IMG/VR virus record: IMGVR_UViG_3300028920_000077
Location: 1-60,355 of that record
Strand: one strand, 5' to 3'
Source: a virus
Lineage: Duplodnaviria > Caudoviricetes
DNA length: 60,355 nucleotides
Part shown: positions 1 to 10,753 of the stretch, piece after piece
Numbering within the stretch: position 1 is the stretch's first letter
How the letters are laid out: each line of letters opens with the position of its first letter
Program-made: the position numbers and the translations under genes
Notes under the pieces: generated by a model
Databases searched by the model: none
Seen by the model: only the letters and a program-made list of their open reading frames with translations
Told to the model about the DNA's origin: nothing

Positions 1-418
1 TTGGTTAATTCATCACCCTCATACACATCACCGATGATCTGTATCGGTCTATCAGAAACATGCCAATATTTCCCTTCGGAGTCTATTTGGGTGCAAGAGA
101 CTCTGCTCTCCATTTTATTGCCAAATGCGATTAGTAGTGGTTCTATGGCAGGTGGGCTAGAATATACGTCTGTGTGTCTAAGTTTGATATTATCCATGAT
201 AGAAAATCTTCTTTCATAGATCCTAACCCATTCCATAGTGCCTATACTCAGATCAGAATAAAACTGACCTATTGAACCCACATCCTGATCAGCATAAAAC
301 TGTCCTATAGAGCCTATATCCTGATCTTGTGTTAAAGAATATGTAGAAAACGAGGATATTATTAGATTTTCTTGAAAATTATATGAAGTAAAAGAACCAA
401 TATTCAGGTCTGATGTCG
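1..418. repeat. Terminal direct repeat, copy 1 (circular overlap)
   Basis: Identical to 59938-60355 except at 98/60035 (A/G), 219/60156 (G/T) and 291/60228 (A/G). It falls inside a gene, so it is an assembly overlap of a circular or permuted genome. Confidence 0.95.
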
Positions 419-422
419 CCAT
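1..422 (-). CDS. 5' part of a tail-module protein that wraps across the junction (continues to 59565; about 264 aa)
   Basis: ATG at 422 overlaps the upstream stop (TAATG) and reads MATSDLNIGSFTSYNFQENLIISS. It is in frame with ORF 59565..60218 through the repeat. Confidence 0.8.
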   Translation of the reverse strand, partial: MATSDLNIGSFTSYNFQENLIISSFSTYSLTQDQDIGSIGQFYADQDVGSIGQFYSDLSIGTMEWVRIYERRFSIMDNIKLRHTDVYSSPPAIEPLLIAFGNKMESRVSCTQIDSEGKYWHVSDRPIQIIGDVYEGDELT

Positions 423-829
423 TATTCTCTCGGGATTTTCAGAAAGCTCACGTTTCCATTACTTTGTATAATGGTCATGAGTTTATATTTTTCATATACA
501 GCGACTAATTTACAATCTCTAGCTTTCATATTATGGTTACCAAAGTTACCCTCATAATTTACCCAATATTCAAAATCAATTGGTTTGTCTTTGTCGCCTT
601 CAGAGTGGGCATAGATGGGTTGGTCTCCCACCAAAACAAATAAATTCTTTAGTTCTTTATCTTTCTTTGCTTCTGAAAAGCTAGGATAATTTAATCCTGT
701 CATCAAAGCGTTATCTTTTGTGATAAGATTCCAGCCTTGTAAGGAAAAGTTTATCATATCCCAATTCCTTTCTAATGGAATTATATTTAATGGATTATGT
801 TGAGATATCAACGGAGAATCTAAGTGCAT
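422..829 (-). CDS. Hypothetical tail-module protein (start possibly 757)
   Basis: ORF track; position in a tightly packed tail operon. Confidence 0.6.
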   Translation of the reverse strand: MHLDSPLISQHNPLNIIPLERNWDMINFSLQGWNLITKDNALMTGLNYPSFSEAKKDKELKNLFVLVGDQPIYAHSEGDKDKPIDFEYWVNYEGNFGNHNMKARDCKLVAVYEKYKLMTIIQSNGNVSFLKIPRE

Positions 830-1430
830 TTGTAGCTCTTTCGGTGTCTAATTTTTTCAGAGATAATCCTAGATACCAATAATGGTTTACTTCTAGGCTT
901 AACTGGTCTGATAGAATACCTCTCGCTGCTGGTTCTATACCAGTCAACGAATCATCCCAAGATGAACTTAAAGGACCAGTTTCTCTTTGGTAATTAGCTG
1001 TATCTGTATCAGTTAGGTATTCAAACATCATCATTTTAAAAGCTGTTGCTGCTGTTAATGGATCTGTTTTATACAACCAAATTCTGCCATTTGCACATGA
1101 CGTTGCTGTTCCACCACCAGCATCATTCTGATACCAAATTCTTAAAGTAACAGCATTTTCATTAAACCCTAGTGGGCTTGCAATAAGTGAGTATTGAGTT
1201 CCATTGACATCTACTGTAGTGTTATTTATATATTTATTATTATTCATGTGGTTTGGGTCTACACATTGGTCTACTGTGAAGGTAGCATTGGATCTATGTG
1301 TGCTGTCTTGGTAAGTCCCAGGTGCTATACCAGTTCCGTATGCTGCCCCCAAAAACGCTAGTATATTAGTAATATCTACCCAAGCAACAGTGTCAGGGTC
1401 CCAAGCCTGAAATTTAAATACATCAGCCAT
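795..1430 (-). CDS. Putative tail/virion protein
   Basis: 211 aa, GGAG RBS, T/N/A/G-rich, downstream of the tape measure gene. Confidence 0.6.
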   Translation of the reverse strand: MADVFKFQAWDPDTVAWVDITNILAFLGAAYGTGIAPGTYQDSTHRSNATFTVDQCVDPNHMNNNKYINNTTVDVNGTQYSLIASPLGFNENAVTLRIWYQNDAGGGTATSCANGRIWLYKTDPLTAATAFKMMMFEYLTDTDTANYQRETGPLSSSWDDSLTGIEPAARGILSDQLSLEVNHYWYLGLSLKKLDTERATNALRFSVDIST

Positions 1431-1439
1431 TCTAATCTC

Positions 1440-1820
1440 CTATATGGTCGTATTGAAATCTATTGAATCTGGTGTTATGGTTAAATCAGATATAGAACCA
1501 CGCCAGTATTCAATAGTGTTATTATTTATATCTTTATATATTATGACCACTTTGTCAAGTGGATTTTCTAAATATATCTTTCTTGAAAAGTAATGGTATG
1601 GTTGCCCATTATCATACATTATTTTGTTTAGTATTTTAAATTGTGAACTTGAGAGTTCGTATGTTTTAGATATGGTGTTGAAACTTTCACGTATATCGCC
1701 ATAGTTGATTAATAAGTCCGATTCAGTATACTCTTCTGGTGTTGACCAATGTATTTTCACACGAGTTTTAATTGTAGCTGTCCGCAGGTTATTGATATCC
1801 CGAAATAATTCAATTATCAT
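1440..1820 (-). CDS. Hypothetical tail-module protein
   Basis: 126 aa ORF with ATGA overlap to the upstream gene. Confidence 0.6.
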   Translation of the reverse strand: MIIELFRDINNLRTATIKTRVKIHWSTPEEYTESDLLINYGDIRESFNTISKTYELSSSQFKILNKIMYDNGQPYHYFSRKIYLENPLDKVVIIYKDINNNTIEYWRGSISDLTITPDSIDFNTTI

Positions 1821-4800
1821 GCGATACTCTCAAGCTCAAATGTTACTGTATATAAACGGTATGCAGTCAGAGTGCTTTCACTTCTTCTTTGACCTACATT
1901 AATATTAGTATCTTTCATAAATACTCTTTTGCATACCAGTGGGCTGGCATTTTTGTTCGGTATAAAATAAAATGGTAAGTTATTTCTAGTTTTCAGGTAT
2001 ATAATCATTTCCCTTAATAAATTCCAATCAGCAGACCTGATATAAGAATCATGCTGGACATTATACCCTTCTTTCATAAAATTCATCAAATCAAATTCAC
2101 TATCTGCCTTAGCTTTACTTGTAGAAAAAGATAAAGTTGGTATTATCCTATCACTACCTAACTGAAGTTGCATCTTTTCACCTATAAACATATACCCGAT
2201 AGTTTGTGTTCCAGTAAATATAATTTTAACATATCTAGCATTATATTCATATAATTTGCAGAATGTTTCACCTGCTGTTAAAGCCACAGTATCAGTTCCA
2301 ACATCTACACCACCCATTGCCACATTACTGAATTGGATCGTAATATTGCCAGTGATTGAATGCTGATCTAATACAACGGCATCAATCTGTTGTGCTGATC
2401 CGAAATCTATTTCAATTGGACCAGTACCATTAAAAGCTAAAGAGTTATCAAGGCTAAAAGCATTTAGCATTTGATTAGACTGTAGTAAATATACATCCCA
2501 GTAATCACCAATCTCAAATGATGGTGCTACTCCAAACTGGAATAGAATACTGAGATCATATTCGAAATCTTGTATTGTTCTTTTTATGTATTTATCGCTA
2601 CTCCATTTACCTGTAACTGGGTCGGGGAATAATCTCCAAATACCACTCTCTACATAGAAAATGAATTTATCTCCTAAAGTAAAGGGTATCCCGCCCTCTG
2701 TGATGAGAAATTTCAGGCTATCGGTGTTATAGACCTCTGGTTCTGGTTTATACATAGAATAAGGTGGGAAGTCTGTGGTTTCACCTTGAACCTGAAATAA
2801 AATTGTATCATCTCCATCAATTCCACCTGTAGCATACAACGCTTGGTACGGAAATAAAGTGAATGTTATTCTATCTCCATCTGAATAGTTAGAATTATCA
2901 CCTTGAACATCAAAAGTAACAATAATAACATCACCATGTTCGAAACTTGCTGTTCCGCAATAATCCCATATCAAAATCGCAAACTCTTGTGTATTAAATA
3001 TTTCACCATTTGCATAGCAATTATGGGAATAATATGGAATATCAGTATACAAGTATGTGCAATATGGAGTTCCATTAACTTCAACTGTCCAATAACTATA
3101 TGCGTTTTCATCAATCTCATAACACTCAGTTCCCATACTATTTTTTTTTTGGTGATAAGTCATGTGATAAGTCATATACCACTCTACTAAAGTAGACCAT
3201 TTATCTGTATCATATTCTAACTGGTAATTAACGCCAGCTACATAAGCAGTATTGATATCTGGTGTCCACTTTATGCCATTCCACTGAAATATAGTATTGT
3301 TAGAATCTTCAAAATATAGTGAATTGATGATTTCCATATATAAATTCGCTATTGCAGTAATTCCATGAGGATCAGTCTCTTTTAATTTAAAGATTAACCT
3401 TGCCATCTTCATCATTTGCGTTCTTGTTTGTTCTGACAAGTTCACAAACCAGCTTTTTTCTTCAGCGTCAGTATCTTGGAAAGCTGCCATATTTTCAAAT
3501 TGTCTAGTAGTCCAAAAAGGTAAATCGGGACAAATGTAACCCACAGTGCCACCTCCTTCCTCTTCCAAACCCAAACATTCTTCATTAAAATCAAAATCTG
3601 GGGGGCAGTCGCAAGGCTGATTAATTTCAGTATATGTTAGCCTCACGGTTGTAACTTGATTTTGAGGGATATTTATACCTGCCCTAGCATAAACACAAAA
3701 TGAATCTATCCCTTCATAAGCCTCAACAGGTTGGTAAACCCAACTCCATGTATAGTTTAATGTATTAGTTAAATCATCTGTTATGTGTTGCATATTAGGG
3801 AGATCAAATGATATATATTCATTCTCAAATGATCCGCCAGATGGTTCAGTTGAAATAAGTTCTTCAGTAGCATAAATATACCATTGTCTTAGCTTATACT
3901 CTAATGCAAAGTTTAATACACCTGGAATAGCAAGGCTATTGTCTATAGATAAGTCTTGTAACCCACGCCATTCTTCATTCGGTGGGTCTAATACAGGTGC
4001 GGTATAATGTGCTACTGTTGTATAATTTAATTCTTTTATTGCGATCCCACCAGGCAACCTTTGAGTATCAACAACCAATTGAGCAGGGATCAAGTATCTA
4101 GGAGTATCATTAGGAGTTTCTAGTAGTGCCTGGTGGAAATCCAAAATAGTTTTTATATTTAGTAAAGTTCTTGCACCATCAGATTGATGGTTAGTCCATA
4201 TTTTTATTGTTCTGCCACCAGTTGCTTTATAGATAGGGTTAAACTTTGGTATATACCCTTTTATTGGTTCAGAAAAATAATATTTTAAATTCCCGTCAGC
4301 ATCCAATCCACGCCATTGTAAATATACGTTATAAGGATCTGCTTCAAAGAAAATTCTATGTAAACTACCGCCCTCTTCTTCACTTGGAGGGTCTAAAGTA
4401 TCACCCTCTATGAATTCGGTATTAATACCAAAATTCCAAATATCACTCTCTAGCTCTTCTGTGCCAATAGGGATATGTTCGGGAGTTACATATTGTGTTC
4501 CAGTTGCATCATTGTGTTCTGTGAATTCAGTTACTCTACCAATTTCTATATATATTTGATTACCCAGAGTTCCTTCTACATCTACTAAAAATTTCAAGCC
4601 ACCAATATTAATGGACGCTGTTTCTGTATCTTTACCCAAGTCTATACAGATTACTTCTATTTTTTGTGATGTTAGATTGCCCACATGTATTAAATCCATA
4701 GCACCAGTTCCAGCACCTTCAAAGGTTGGTTTAGAAAAACCTATATTATTCGGATCACCAGATTCATCATCAAAAACCCTAACTTGCATTTCTTTATCTT

Positions 4801-4972
4801 CATTTCCCGAATAATTACCATATAATTCTATTGTTCCATTACCACTGTTATTATCGCCTGGAACTATGATGGGTTTATTACTGCTATTAGAGACAGAATA
4901 ACCTGAAATTACTGTTGTGTCTTTATTTAAGTGATTATTCTTATCATATAAATATAGTTGTGAGCTTTCCAT
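1817..4972 (-). CDS. Large tail/baseplate-region protein
   Basis: 1051 aa, acidic and beta-rich, immediately after the tape measure gene. Confidence 0.65.
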   Translation of the reverse strand: MESSQLYLYDKNNHLNKDTTVISGYSVSNSSNKPIIVPGDNNSGNGTIELYGNYSGNEDKEMQVRVFDDESGDPNNIGFSKPTFEGAGTGAMDLIHVGNLTSQKIEVICIDLGKDTETASINIGGLKFLVDVEGTLGNQIYIEIGRVTEFTEHNDATGTQYVTPEHIPIGTEELESDIWNFGINTEFIEGDTLDPPSEEEGGSLHRIFFEADPYNVYLQWRGLDADGNLKYYFSEPIKGYIPKFNPIYKATGGRTIKIWTNHQSDGARTLLNIKTILDFHQALLETPNDTPRYLIPAQLVVDTQRLPGGIAIKELNYTTVAHYTAPVLDPPNEEWRGLQDLSIDNSLAIPGVLNFALEYKLRQWYIYATEELISTEPSGGSFENEYISFDLPNMQHITDDLTNTLNYTWSWVYQPVEAYEGIDSFCVYARAGINIPQNQVTTVRLTYTEINQPCDCPPDFDFNEECLGLEEEGGGTVGYICPDLPFWTTRQFENMAAFQDTDAEEKSWFVNLSEQTRTQMMKMARLIFKLKETDPHGITAIANLYMEIINSLYFEDSNNTIFQWNGIKWTPDINTAYVAGVNYQLEYDTDKWSTLVEWYMTYHMTYHQKKNSMGTECYEIDENAYSYWTVEVNGTPYCTYLYTDIPYYSHNCYANGEIFNTQEFAILIWDYCGTASFEHGDVIIVTFDVQGDNSNYSDGDRITFTLFPYQALYATGGIDGDDTILFQVQGETTDFPPYSMYKPEPEVYNTDSLKFLITEGGIPFTLGDKFIFYVESGIWRLFPDPVTGKWSSDKYIKRTIQDFEYDLSILFQFGVAPSFEIGDYWDVYLLQSNQMLNAFSLDNSLAFNGTGPIEIDFGSAQQIDAVVLDQHSITGNITIQFSNVAMGGVDVGTDTVALTAGETFCKLYEYNARYVKIIFTGTQTIGYMFIGEKMQLQLGSDRIIPTLSFSTSKAKADSEFDLMNFMKEGYNVQHDSYIRSADWNLLREMIIYLKTRNNLPFYFIPNKNASPLVCKRVFMKDTNINVGQRRSESTLTAYRLYTVTFELESIA

Positions 4973-7900
4973 TAGAAATTACCTCTATCCTTTTCTCTTT
5001 TTAATATTGGTATTAATGTGTTTCTAGCCCAAGTTTCAGTATGTTCTGGGTCCATACCTGTTATAGAAACATCAAATTTATTTTCTTGTGTTGAATCCAC
5101 ATTTACATTAGGTGCGAATGTAGCATCTCCAACATCAGAAAAACCTTGTAGACTTTGGTTTAAATTGTCTAAAAATCCAATAGTAGAAACACCGATAGAA
5201 TTAGCAGCATTATTGATACCAGAAGTTAGTTTGGGTAATACTGTATCAACTGCTTCTGTAACTGTATTTGCCCCTTCTATTGCCAAATTAGCCATAGTAT
5301 CATAATATCCTCTGGTTCTATCAAGTGATCCCTGATATTCTTCTTCTTCTCGCCTTGCTCTATCCTGTGCTTCTCTTTCTTCTGCATCTGCTAAGTCTTG
5401 CAAATAATTTTCTTTTTCTAATTTTAATAAGTTCTGGAATTTTGTTGTTGCTTGGGCTTCTTCAGAATATTGTTCCTTTAATGCAGCTACTCTTTCTTCG
5501 TATTGTCTTGTAACAGCATTGGTATATTCACCCTGTTGAGCTTCTGTTTGATCGGTTAATTGATTAACTCTCTCATCTATACTTTGCATTTCTTGAATAA
5601 GTGAATCTGCCCATTCTGCAAACTTTGTAGACCAGAAGTTTAATGAACCGAATACTTCTGATGTCAAGCCATCAAGAATCTCTTTACCAGCCTCTCCAAC
5701 GTCTCTAGTTAAGTCTATACCTAAACCTTTTAGTTTAGTTTTAACACCTTCTATAGATTGTTCTAATATTGGGAAACCTTCAATCCCAAGTGCATCCACA
5801 TTCGCTTTGAATAATTCAAATGTGGTATATGTCTGACCTAATATCTCATTAAAGATATCAGCTACACCTTGCATTTGTTCATTGGTAAGCAATAATAAAT
5901 CTTCAGTACCTTCTTTTCTAATATCTTGTTCTTCTTTGAAAGTTCTGAGCCTATCACTCGCACCTTGTTCTTCTAATTCAAATAAGGCATCTTGGTATTC
6001 TTGATAACTGAGAATTCCTTCATCATATAAGTCTTGTATTTTTTGCTGTTCTATTTCAACTTGTTCTTGAGATAGCTTGGTTCTTTCCTGCATTATTTGA
6101 TTATAACTTTGCAAGCCTTGTTCTCTAAGTTGTGTTAATTTAGCTTCATTCTCAGCTTCTAGCTTAGCCATGTCAGCATAATAGTCTTCTTCAAGGGCAA
6201 TCATTTCATCTATGATAGCTTCACTTTCAGCAGTCATTCTTCCATTTATATCTCTAGCTTTTTGTTCATCTGCAACTAATAATGCTAATTTTTCTGCATA
6301 GAAACTTCTAAGCCGATCCATTCTTCTATCTAATGCTTCTGCCTCTCCGATTTCACCAGATTGCACCGATAACTGATCTAGTTCTTCTTGCTGTGCATAA
6401 TAACTTTGTAATTCTTGTATTTTTTGTTGGTTTCTATTCCTGAATTCTTCTAATTCTTTTTCTCTTAAATCTTTAATTTTTTGTTGTGTTTCTTCTTCTA
6501 AAGTTTGTTTGTCTGTTTGAAATTGTATTTCTATTTGTTTCAATTCTTCTTTTAATTGCGTCTCTTCTGCAATTGTTTTTGCATTAATTTCTTTCCTATT
6601 TTTGATGAGATAATCTAATTCCGATTGGAGCAAATTTCTTCTAACTTCATATTCTTCTTGTATGACAGATAACCTTCTATTGCTGTTACCAATGATTTGC
6701 TGTAATTTTTGGTCTTCTATATCTTTGGTATCTTCTAAGAACTTTTTATTTTCTAGCTTTAGTGTTTTGAACTTAGATTTTTCTATAGATATCCATTCTT
6801 TACTACCCTCTTTTATTGTAGCTAATGCTTGTTTGTATTGTTTTTTAGTTTCTTCTGCAAGTTTTTTTTCTTCTTTTATTCTGACATCAGCAAAAAAACC
6901 AAAGGCATCAGTCCTTAATTTTAATATTTGTGCCTCAACTTTTGCTAATGCTTCCAGGTTATTAGCTGCTCTACCAAAATCGCCACTAGCCTGAAATGCT
7001 TCTGCCTGTTCTTTATATGCTTTAGCAGATTTTTCTAATATTGCTATTATTTTTTTCTGTGCCTTTTCTATAATAAAAGCTCTTTGTGCCTCTGTCTTGG
7101 CACTTTCTAATCCAGCATTAGTCATTAATATAAGTTTTTCTACTGCTGTTTCGTAGATTAAATTAAGCCTAGATATCCCATTAAATAATCTGTCATTTTC
7201 GTAGTTTACTCCCTTTGTAGATCCGATAATGCCCTTTAATACTTTAATATAATTTTGTTGGAATTTTATTTGATTTCTAATTTCTGTAACTTGTTTTTTA
7301 TCTCCAAACAAGCCAACCAAAACAGCTTTAGCATTTAGATATACCACTTTTAGATTTTCTATACTTTCTTCTAGTTTTGTAAACTCTTCTTTTATATTTT
7401 TGCCACTACTTTTTGCTCCTTTTTCATTTTTTTTAAACCAATCAGATATGATTAATGCTGCACCAACAAAAATAGCTATCAGTGCTGCAAATCCAGCAAC
7501 CAATAATGCTGTTGTTAAAGTTAAACTAGCTAATGCTGTAGAAGCTGCCCCAGCAGCAGCAACTAAACCAGTAGCTAACAAAACTACTACTTTAGAAAGG
7601 ATTACATACAATCCACCCATGACAGTACTTACTCCTATTATAGTTTTAGTCAATAAAAAAAAAGCACCACCAATAGTTGTTATGAATGTTAGAAAAGCAC
7701 CTAAAACTAATGTTGCCTTAGTCATTTGAATTATAAACGATGCTAATTGTTGTTTTGTAAAATCATCCATGGTGTCAATGGTTGTTTTAAACACGTCTAC
7801 TATAGCATTGAAGCCATTAACTGTTTTCTGTATTTCTGGCAACAATACATTACCTAATGTAATAGAAAGGTTCTTAGCTCTCTGTTGGAATATTTGTAAC

Positions 7901-8895
7901 TGGATAGAGGTTGTTAATGCTAATCTTTCATATCTTTGTGCTAAGGTTAAAGTAGAACTTTCTAAGTCTGCCTGGATTTCTTTTAATGAAGTTAAACCTG
8001 TGCCCAAAAATCTAGCAGTAGCACCAAAGGATCTGTAATCTTTGACTATTTTTCTAATCTCAGAAGCGTTACCTTTAGTTACTTCTTGTAATTGTTGTAA
8101 TAACTTAATCATACCATTTTCTTGAGACAATGTTTCATTAACATCTATACCAGCTTTTTTAAATCTTTCTTGGTCTTTAATTAAAGCAGTAAAGAATCTA
8201 TTCAGGAATGTTCCAGCCTTTGCCACAGAACCAATTGTTCTGGTTAATTGGATGAAAAGCACCTGTGTTGTTTCTAATGGGATATTAAGTAATTTCGCAC
8301 TTGAAATCGCATCATCAAAACTACTTGTTAAATCTTCTAATCTGGTTCTACCAATCCTGATTGTATCATTAAGGAAAGTACTGGCTTCAGCAGCGTTGTT
8401 TATCTCGCCCTTATATAATTGCATTAGGATAACCATTCTGTCTACAGCATTTTTTAAACTACCTTGTGCTACTCTAGCTAATAAGGTAGATTCTTTTAAT
8501 ACATCCATAGCAATAGCACTGTTTCTTAATCCTGATTCTATTTTATATAAACCCCCAGCAAGCTCTACAGCAGATACGCCAAATTCGTTGGAAAGTTCGA
8601 TAACTTCTTTACGATATTTTTCAACGAATTCTTCTTCGTCTAATAAAGTCTGAATATTAGCAATAGCCTTTTCGTATTCTACAGCATTTTTGACAGGGAA
8701 GTATAATGCTGTTGCCATAGCAACCCCTGTTGTGATTAACTGTTTACCAGCAGTGTTAATAGCCTGAAGAGATTTATTGTATTTATCTAAGCTATTGCTA
8801 GCACCATCTATCGCTTTTTGAAGTTGTTTTACTTTACCGATACCTCTACCTTGCACAGAGATCAGGAGTTTTAAAGTAGAATTAGTTATAGCCAT
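4972..8895 (-). CDS. Tail tape measure protein
   Basis: 1307 aa. TP901-like N-terminal core (YEKAIANIQTL...ELAGGLY), central hydrophobic stretch and long coiled coil. Follows the tail chaperones. Confidence 0.92.
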   Translation of the reverse strand: MAITNSTLKLLISVQGRGIGKVKQLQKAIDGASNSLDKYNKSLQAINTAGKQLITTGVAMATALYFPVKNAVEYEKAIANIQTLLDEEEFVEKYRKEVIELSNEFGVSAVELAGGLYKIESGLRNSAIAMDVLKESTLLARVAQGSLKNAVDRMVILMQLYKGEINNAAEASTFLNDTIRIGRTRLEDLTSSFDDAISSAKLLNIPLETTQVLFIQLTRTIGSVAKAGTFLNRFFTALIKDQERFKKAGIDVNETLSQENGMIKLLQQLQEVTKGNASEIRKIVKDYRSFGATARFLGTGLTSLKEIQADLESSTLTLAQRYERLALTTSIQLQIFQQRAKNLSITLGNVLLPEIQKTVNGFNAIVDVFKTTIDTMDDFTKQQLASFIIQMTKATLVLGAFLTFITTIGGAFFLLTKTIIGVSTVMGGLYVILSKVVVLLATGLVAAAGAASTALASLTLTTALLVAGFAALIAIFVGAALIISDWFKKNEKGAKSSGKNIKEEFTKLEESIENLKVVYLNAKAVLVGLFGDKKQVTEIRNQIKFQQNYIKVLKGIIGSTKGVNYENDRLFNGISRLNLIYETAVEKLILMTNAGLESAKTEAQRAFIIEKAQKKIIAILEKSAKAYKEQAEAFQASGDFGRAANNLEALAKVEAQILKLRTDAFGFFADVRIKEEKKLAEETKKQYKQALATIKEGSKEWISIEKSKFKTLKLENKKFLEDTKDIEDQKLQQIIGNSNRRLSVIQEEYEVRRNLLQSELDYLIKNRKEINAKTIAEETQLKEELKQIEIQFQTDKQTLEEETQQKIKDLREKELEEFRNRNQQKIQELQSYYAQQEELDQLSVQSGEIGEAEALDRRMDRLRSFYAEKLALLVADEQKARDINGRMTAESEAIIDEMIALEEDYYADMAKLEAENEAKLTQLREQGLQSYNQIMQERTKLSQEQVEIEQQKIQDLYDEGILSYQEYQDALFELEEQGASDRLRTFKEEQDIRKEGTEDLLLLTNEQMQGVADIFNEILGQTYTTFELFKANVDALGIEGFPILEQSIEGVKTKLKGLGIDLTRDVGEAGKEILDGLTSEVFGSLNFWSTKFAEWADSLIQEMQSIDERVNQLTDQTEAQQGEYTNAVTRQYEERVAALKEQYSEEAQATTKFQNLLKLEKENYLQDLADAEEREAQDRARREEEEYQGSLDRTRGYYDTMANLAIEGANTVTEAVDTVLPKLTSGINNAANSIGVSTIGFLDNLNQSLQGFSDVGDATFAPNVNVDSTQENKFDVSITGMDPEHTETWARNTLIPILKREKDRGNF

Positions 8896-8917
8896 TATGA
8901 GTATCCTTTAATTATGT

Positions 8918-8950
8918 AGAGAGAGGTGTTTAAACCCCTCTCTTCTTTTT
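8918..8950 (+). terminator. Hairpin between chaperone and tape measure genes, with T-tract on the + (antisense) side
   Basis: AGAGAGGtGTT-ta-AACcCCTCTCT followed by TCTTTTT. Confidence 0.5.
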
Positions 8951-9401
8951 ACAGTCCAGGTGGTAAGTTGATAGATGTCTTTGCACCCCTATATGAAGTA
9001 TCTATTTTGAAAGCATTACAAAAATCAGTTAAATCATGGACAGCTCTACCTCTGCCCCATATTTTACCATGATTCTGGTTTAATGCTTCTAGCTTCTTCT
9101 GTTCTTCCTCGCTTACAGGTGATCCATCAGCTTTATAGATTGTTCTGCTGGTGGCTTTATATCTCATCTTTCCAGTTTTACCTTTTCTTATATAAACCAT
9201 GTCATGTTTCCTTTTCCCTAATTCCAGGCTTTTTGTATAACTATCTAAAAATTTATCATCAGCCCTTGAGCCTGCGAATATTAATGTCAAAAGTCTTTCT
9301 TCTTCTATATATTTATTGTAAAGTATATGATCTACATATCTATTAACCTGCCTGATACCATATTTATTTACAGCTTCAGGCGTATGACCATTACTTATCA
9401 A
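8949..9401 (-). CDS. Tail assembly chaperone, C-terminal (gpT-like) frame reached by -1 frameshift
   Basis: Weak TTG start. The frame is open back to the slippery A-AAA-AAC in the upstream gene. Confidence 0.8.
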   Translation of the reverse strand: MISNGHTPEAVNKYGIRQVNRYVDHILYNKYIEEERLLTLIFAGSRADDKFLDSYTKSLELGKRKHDMVYIRKGKTGKMRYKATSRTIYKADGSPVSEEEQKKLEALNQNHGKIWGRGRAVHDLTDFCNAFKIDTSYRGAKTSINLPPGL

Positions 9402-9418
9402 TAGTTGTTTGGTGCTAG

Positions 9419-9943
9419 TTATGCAGAGTATAGCATCCCCAACATCTCTTTCCAGTTTTTTTTTGCTTCATCATCAATATTTTGCTTGATAACAATAGCT
9501 AATACCTTAGGAATCTCTTTTAATGTTAGGTAAAATAAATCATCACCAAGTGCGATATAAAGAATATGATTTACTGAATTTGCACATTTCCCCGTCATTT
9601 CTGGTATTTTTTTAATTAATCCATCAGCACTGAAAAGAATATCTAAATCCAACTGATCTTCTTCAACCTCTTTACCATCTTCAGCTATCATCTTTATTGG
9701 TTCTTTAAATAATTTTTGTAGTTCACTTAAACTAAATATATGAACTAATATGTTTGTAAAATGTTTTGTAAAATTTACAAAGTCTAGTGAATAATATGCA
9801 ATAGGCTTTACAACAAATTTATAACCAGAGAGAGTCGTAACACTCTCCCCAGTTAATTTATTTAATTCTTCTTGGATTTGTTGTAATTTCTCTTGAGTAA
9901 CACCTATTTCACGCATAAAATCGGTCTCTTTGAAATTAATCAT
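9419..9943 (-). CDS. Tail assembly chaperone (gpG-like)
   Basis: Lies between the major tail and tape measure genes and ends in a slippery sequence. Confidence 0.8.
   Translation of the reverse strand: MINFKETDFMREIGVTQEKLQQIQEELNKLTGESVTTLSGYKFVVKPIAYYSLDFVNFTKHFTNILVHIFSLSELQKLFKEPIKMIAEDGKEVEEDQLDLDILFSADGLIKKIPEMTGKCANSVNHILYIALGDDLFYLTLKEIPKVLAIVIKQNIDDEAKKNWKEMLGMLYSA
9455..9461 (-). promoter_or_regulatory. -1 programmed ribosomal frameshift slippery site A AAA AAC
   Basis: The 0 frame reads GCA AAA AAA AAC TGG. The -1 frame reads LERDVGDAILCITSTKQLLISNGH into ORF 8949..9401. This is the canonical lambda G/GT position. Confidence 0.85.
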
Positions 9944-9959
9944 AAATTCTCCTTAAAGA

Positions 9960-10739
9960 TTAAACTTCACCAAGATAAGTAATATCAAGTAAACCACCGT
10001 AATTGGCATGTTTGATAAAACTTAGGTCAAATGTCATGCTATTCCATTCTGTCATTGATTTCATTTGGAAATCACCAGAAGGTGTCATTGCATAATAACC
10101 TTCAAACATTAAATCTGGTCCTTTAGCAACTGCTGGTCTATACATAAAATGTGCTTTTAAAACACTGTCTACATCTGATGTAATCTTTGTAACAAGAGTT
10201 GTGTGATCATAAGTATATGTAACATCTATTGTATCACCATCAGCATAATTCGCACCACCAGCTATCAAGCTAATAACACCTGCATTTTTGCCATTGGTTT
10301 TCCATTCGTAATCAGTTCCCTCAACTAAGGCAACTGCACCTGGATTGGTTTGTATCGCAGTGATAGCAGAAACAAATTTGTATGCTAGCTTAATCTGTCC
10401 ACCGTCTCTAACTACAAATTGTTCTGGAACAGCAACAGTACCAGTTCCACCCTGAGCAGCATGAGTAGGAGTTGAGTTAAGCATAAATAAACCAATGTTC
10501 TCTAAATACATAGCATCAACAACTAATGAACCAGTCCTTAAAATTTCCAGATATGCAATATCATCTTGGAAAGCTAGTTTGTCATCATTATTCATGTGTG
10601 GCAAGGTTTCAATAGAACTACTGGTAACAATACTATTCGTATTCCCAAGGTATCTATAGTCATCATAAGAGCTTCCATCCAGCTTTATTGATAATGCACC
10701 ACCGCCAAGTTGATATATTTTTGTTTGTGAAGCAACCAT
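9960..10739 (-). CDS. Major tail tube protein
   Basis: 259 aa with LGGG, RYLGN and LVEGTDY motifs; synteny. Confidence 0.8.
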   Translation of the reverse strand: MVASQTKIYQLGGGALSIKLDGSSYDDYRYLGNTNSIVTSSSIETLPHMNNDDKLAFQDDIAYLEILRTGSLVVDAMYLENIGLFMLNSTPTHAAQGGTGTVAVPEQFVVRDGGQIKLAYKFVSAITAIQTNPGAVALVEGTDYEWKTNGKNAGVISLIAGGANYADGDTIDVTYTYDHTTLVTKITSDVDSVLKAHFMYRPAVAKGPDLMFEGYYAMTPSGDFQMKSMTEWNSMTFDLSFIKHANYGGLLDITYLGEV

Positions 10740-10753
10740 TGTTCTTCTCCTTA

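Noticed and set aside
1-418. Biological terminal repeat (T7-like DTR)
   Set aside because: The repeat cuts through a coding sequence in the tail operon, which fits an assembly overlap better.
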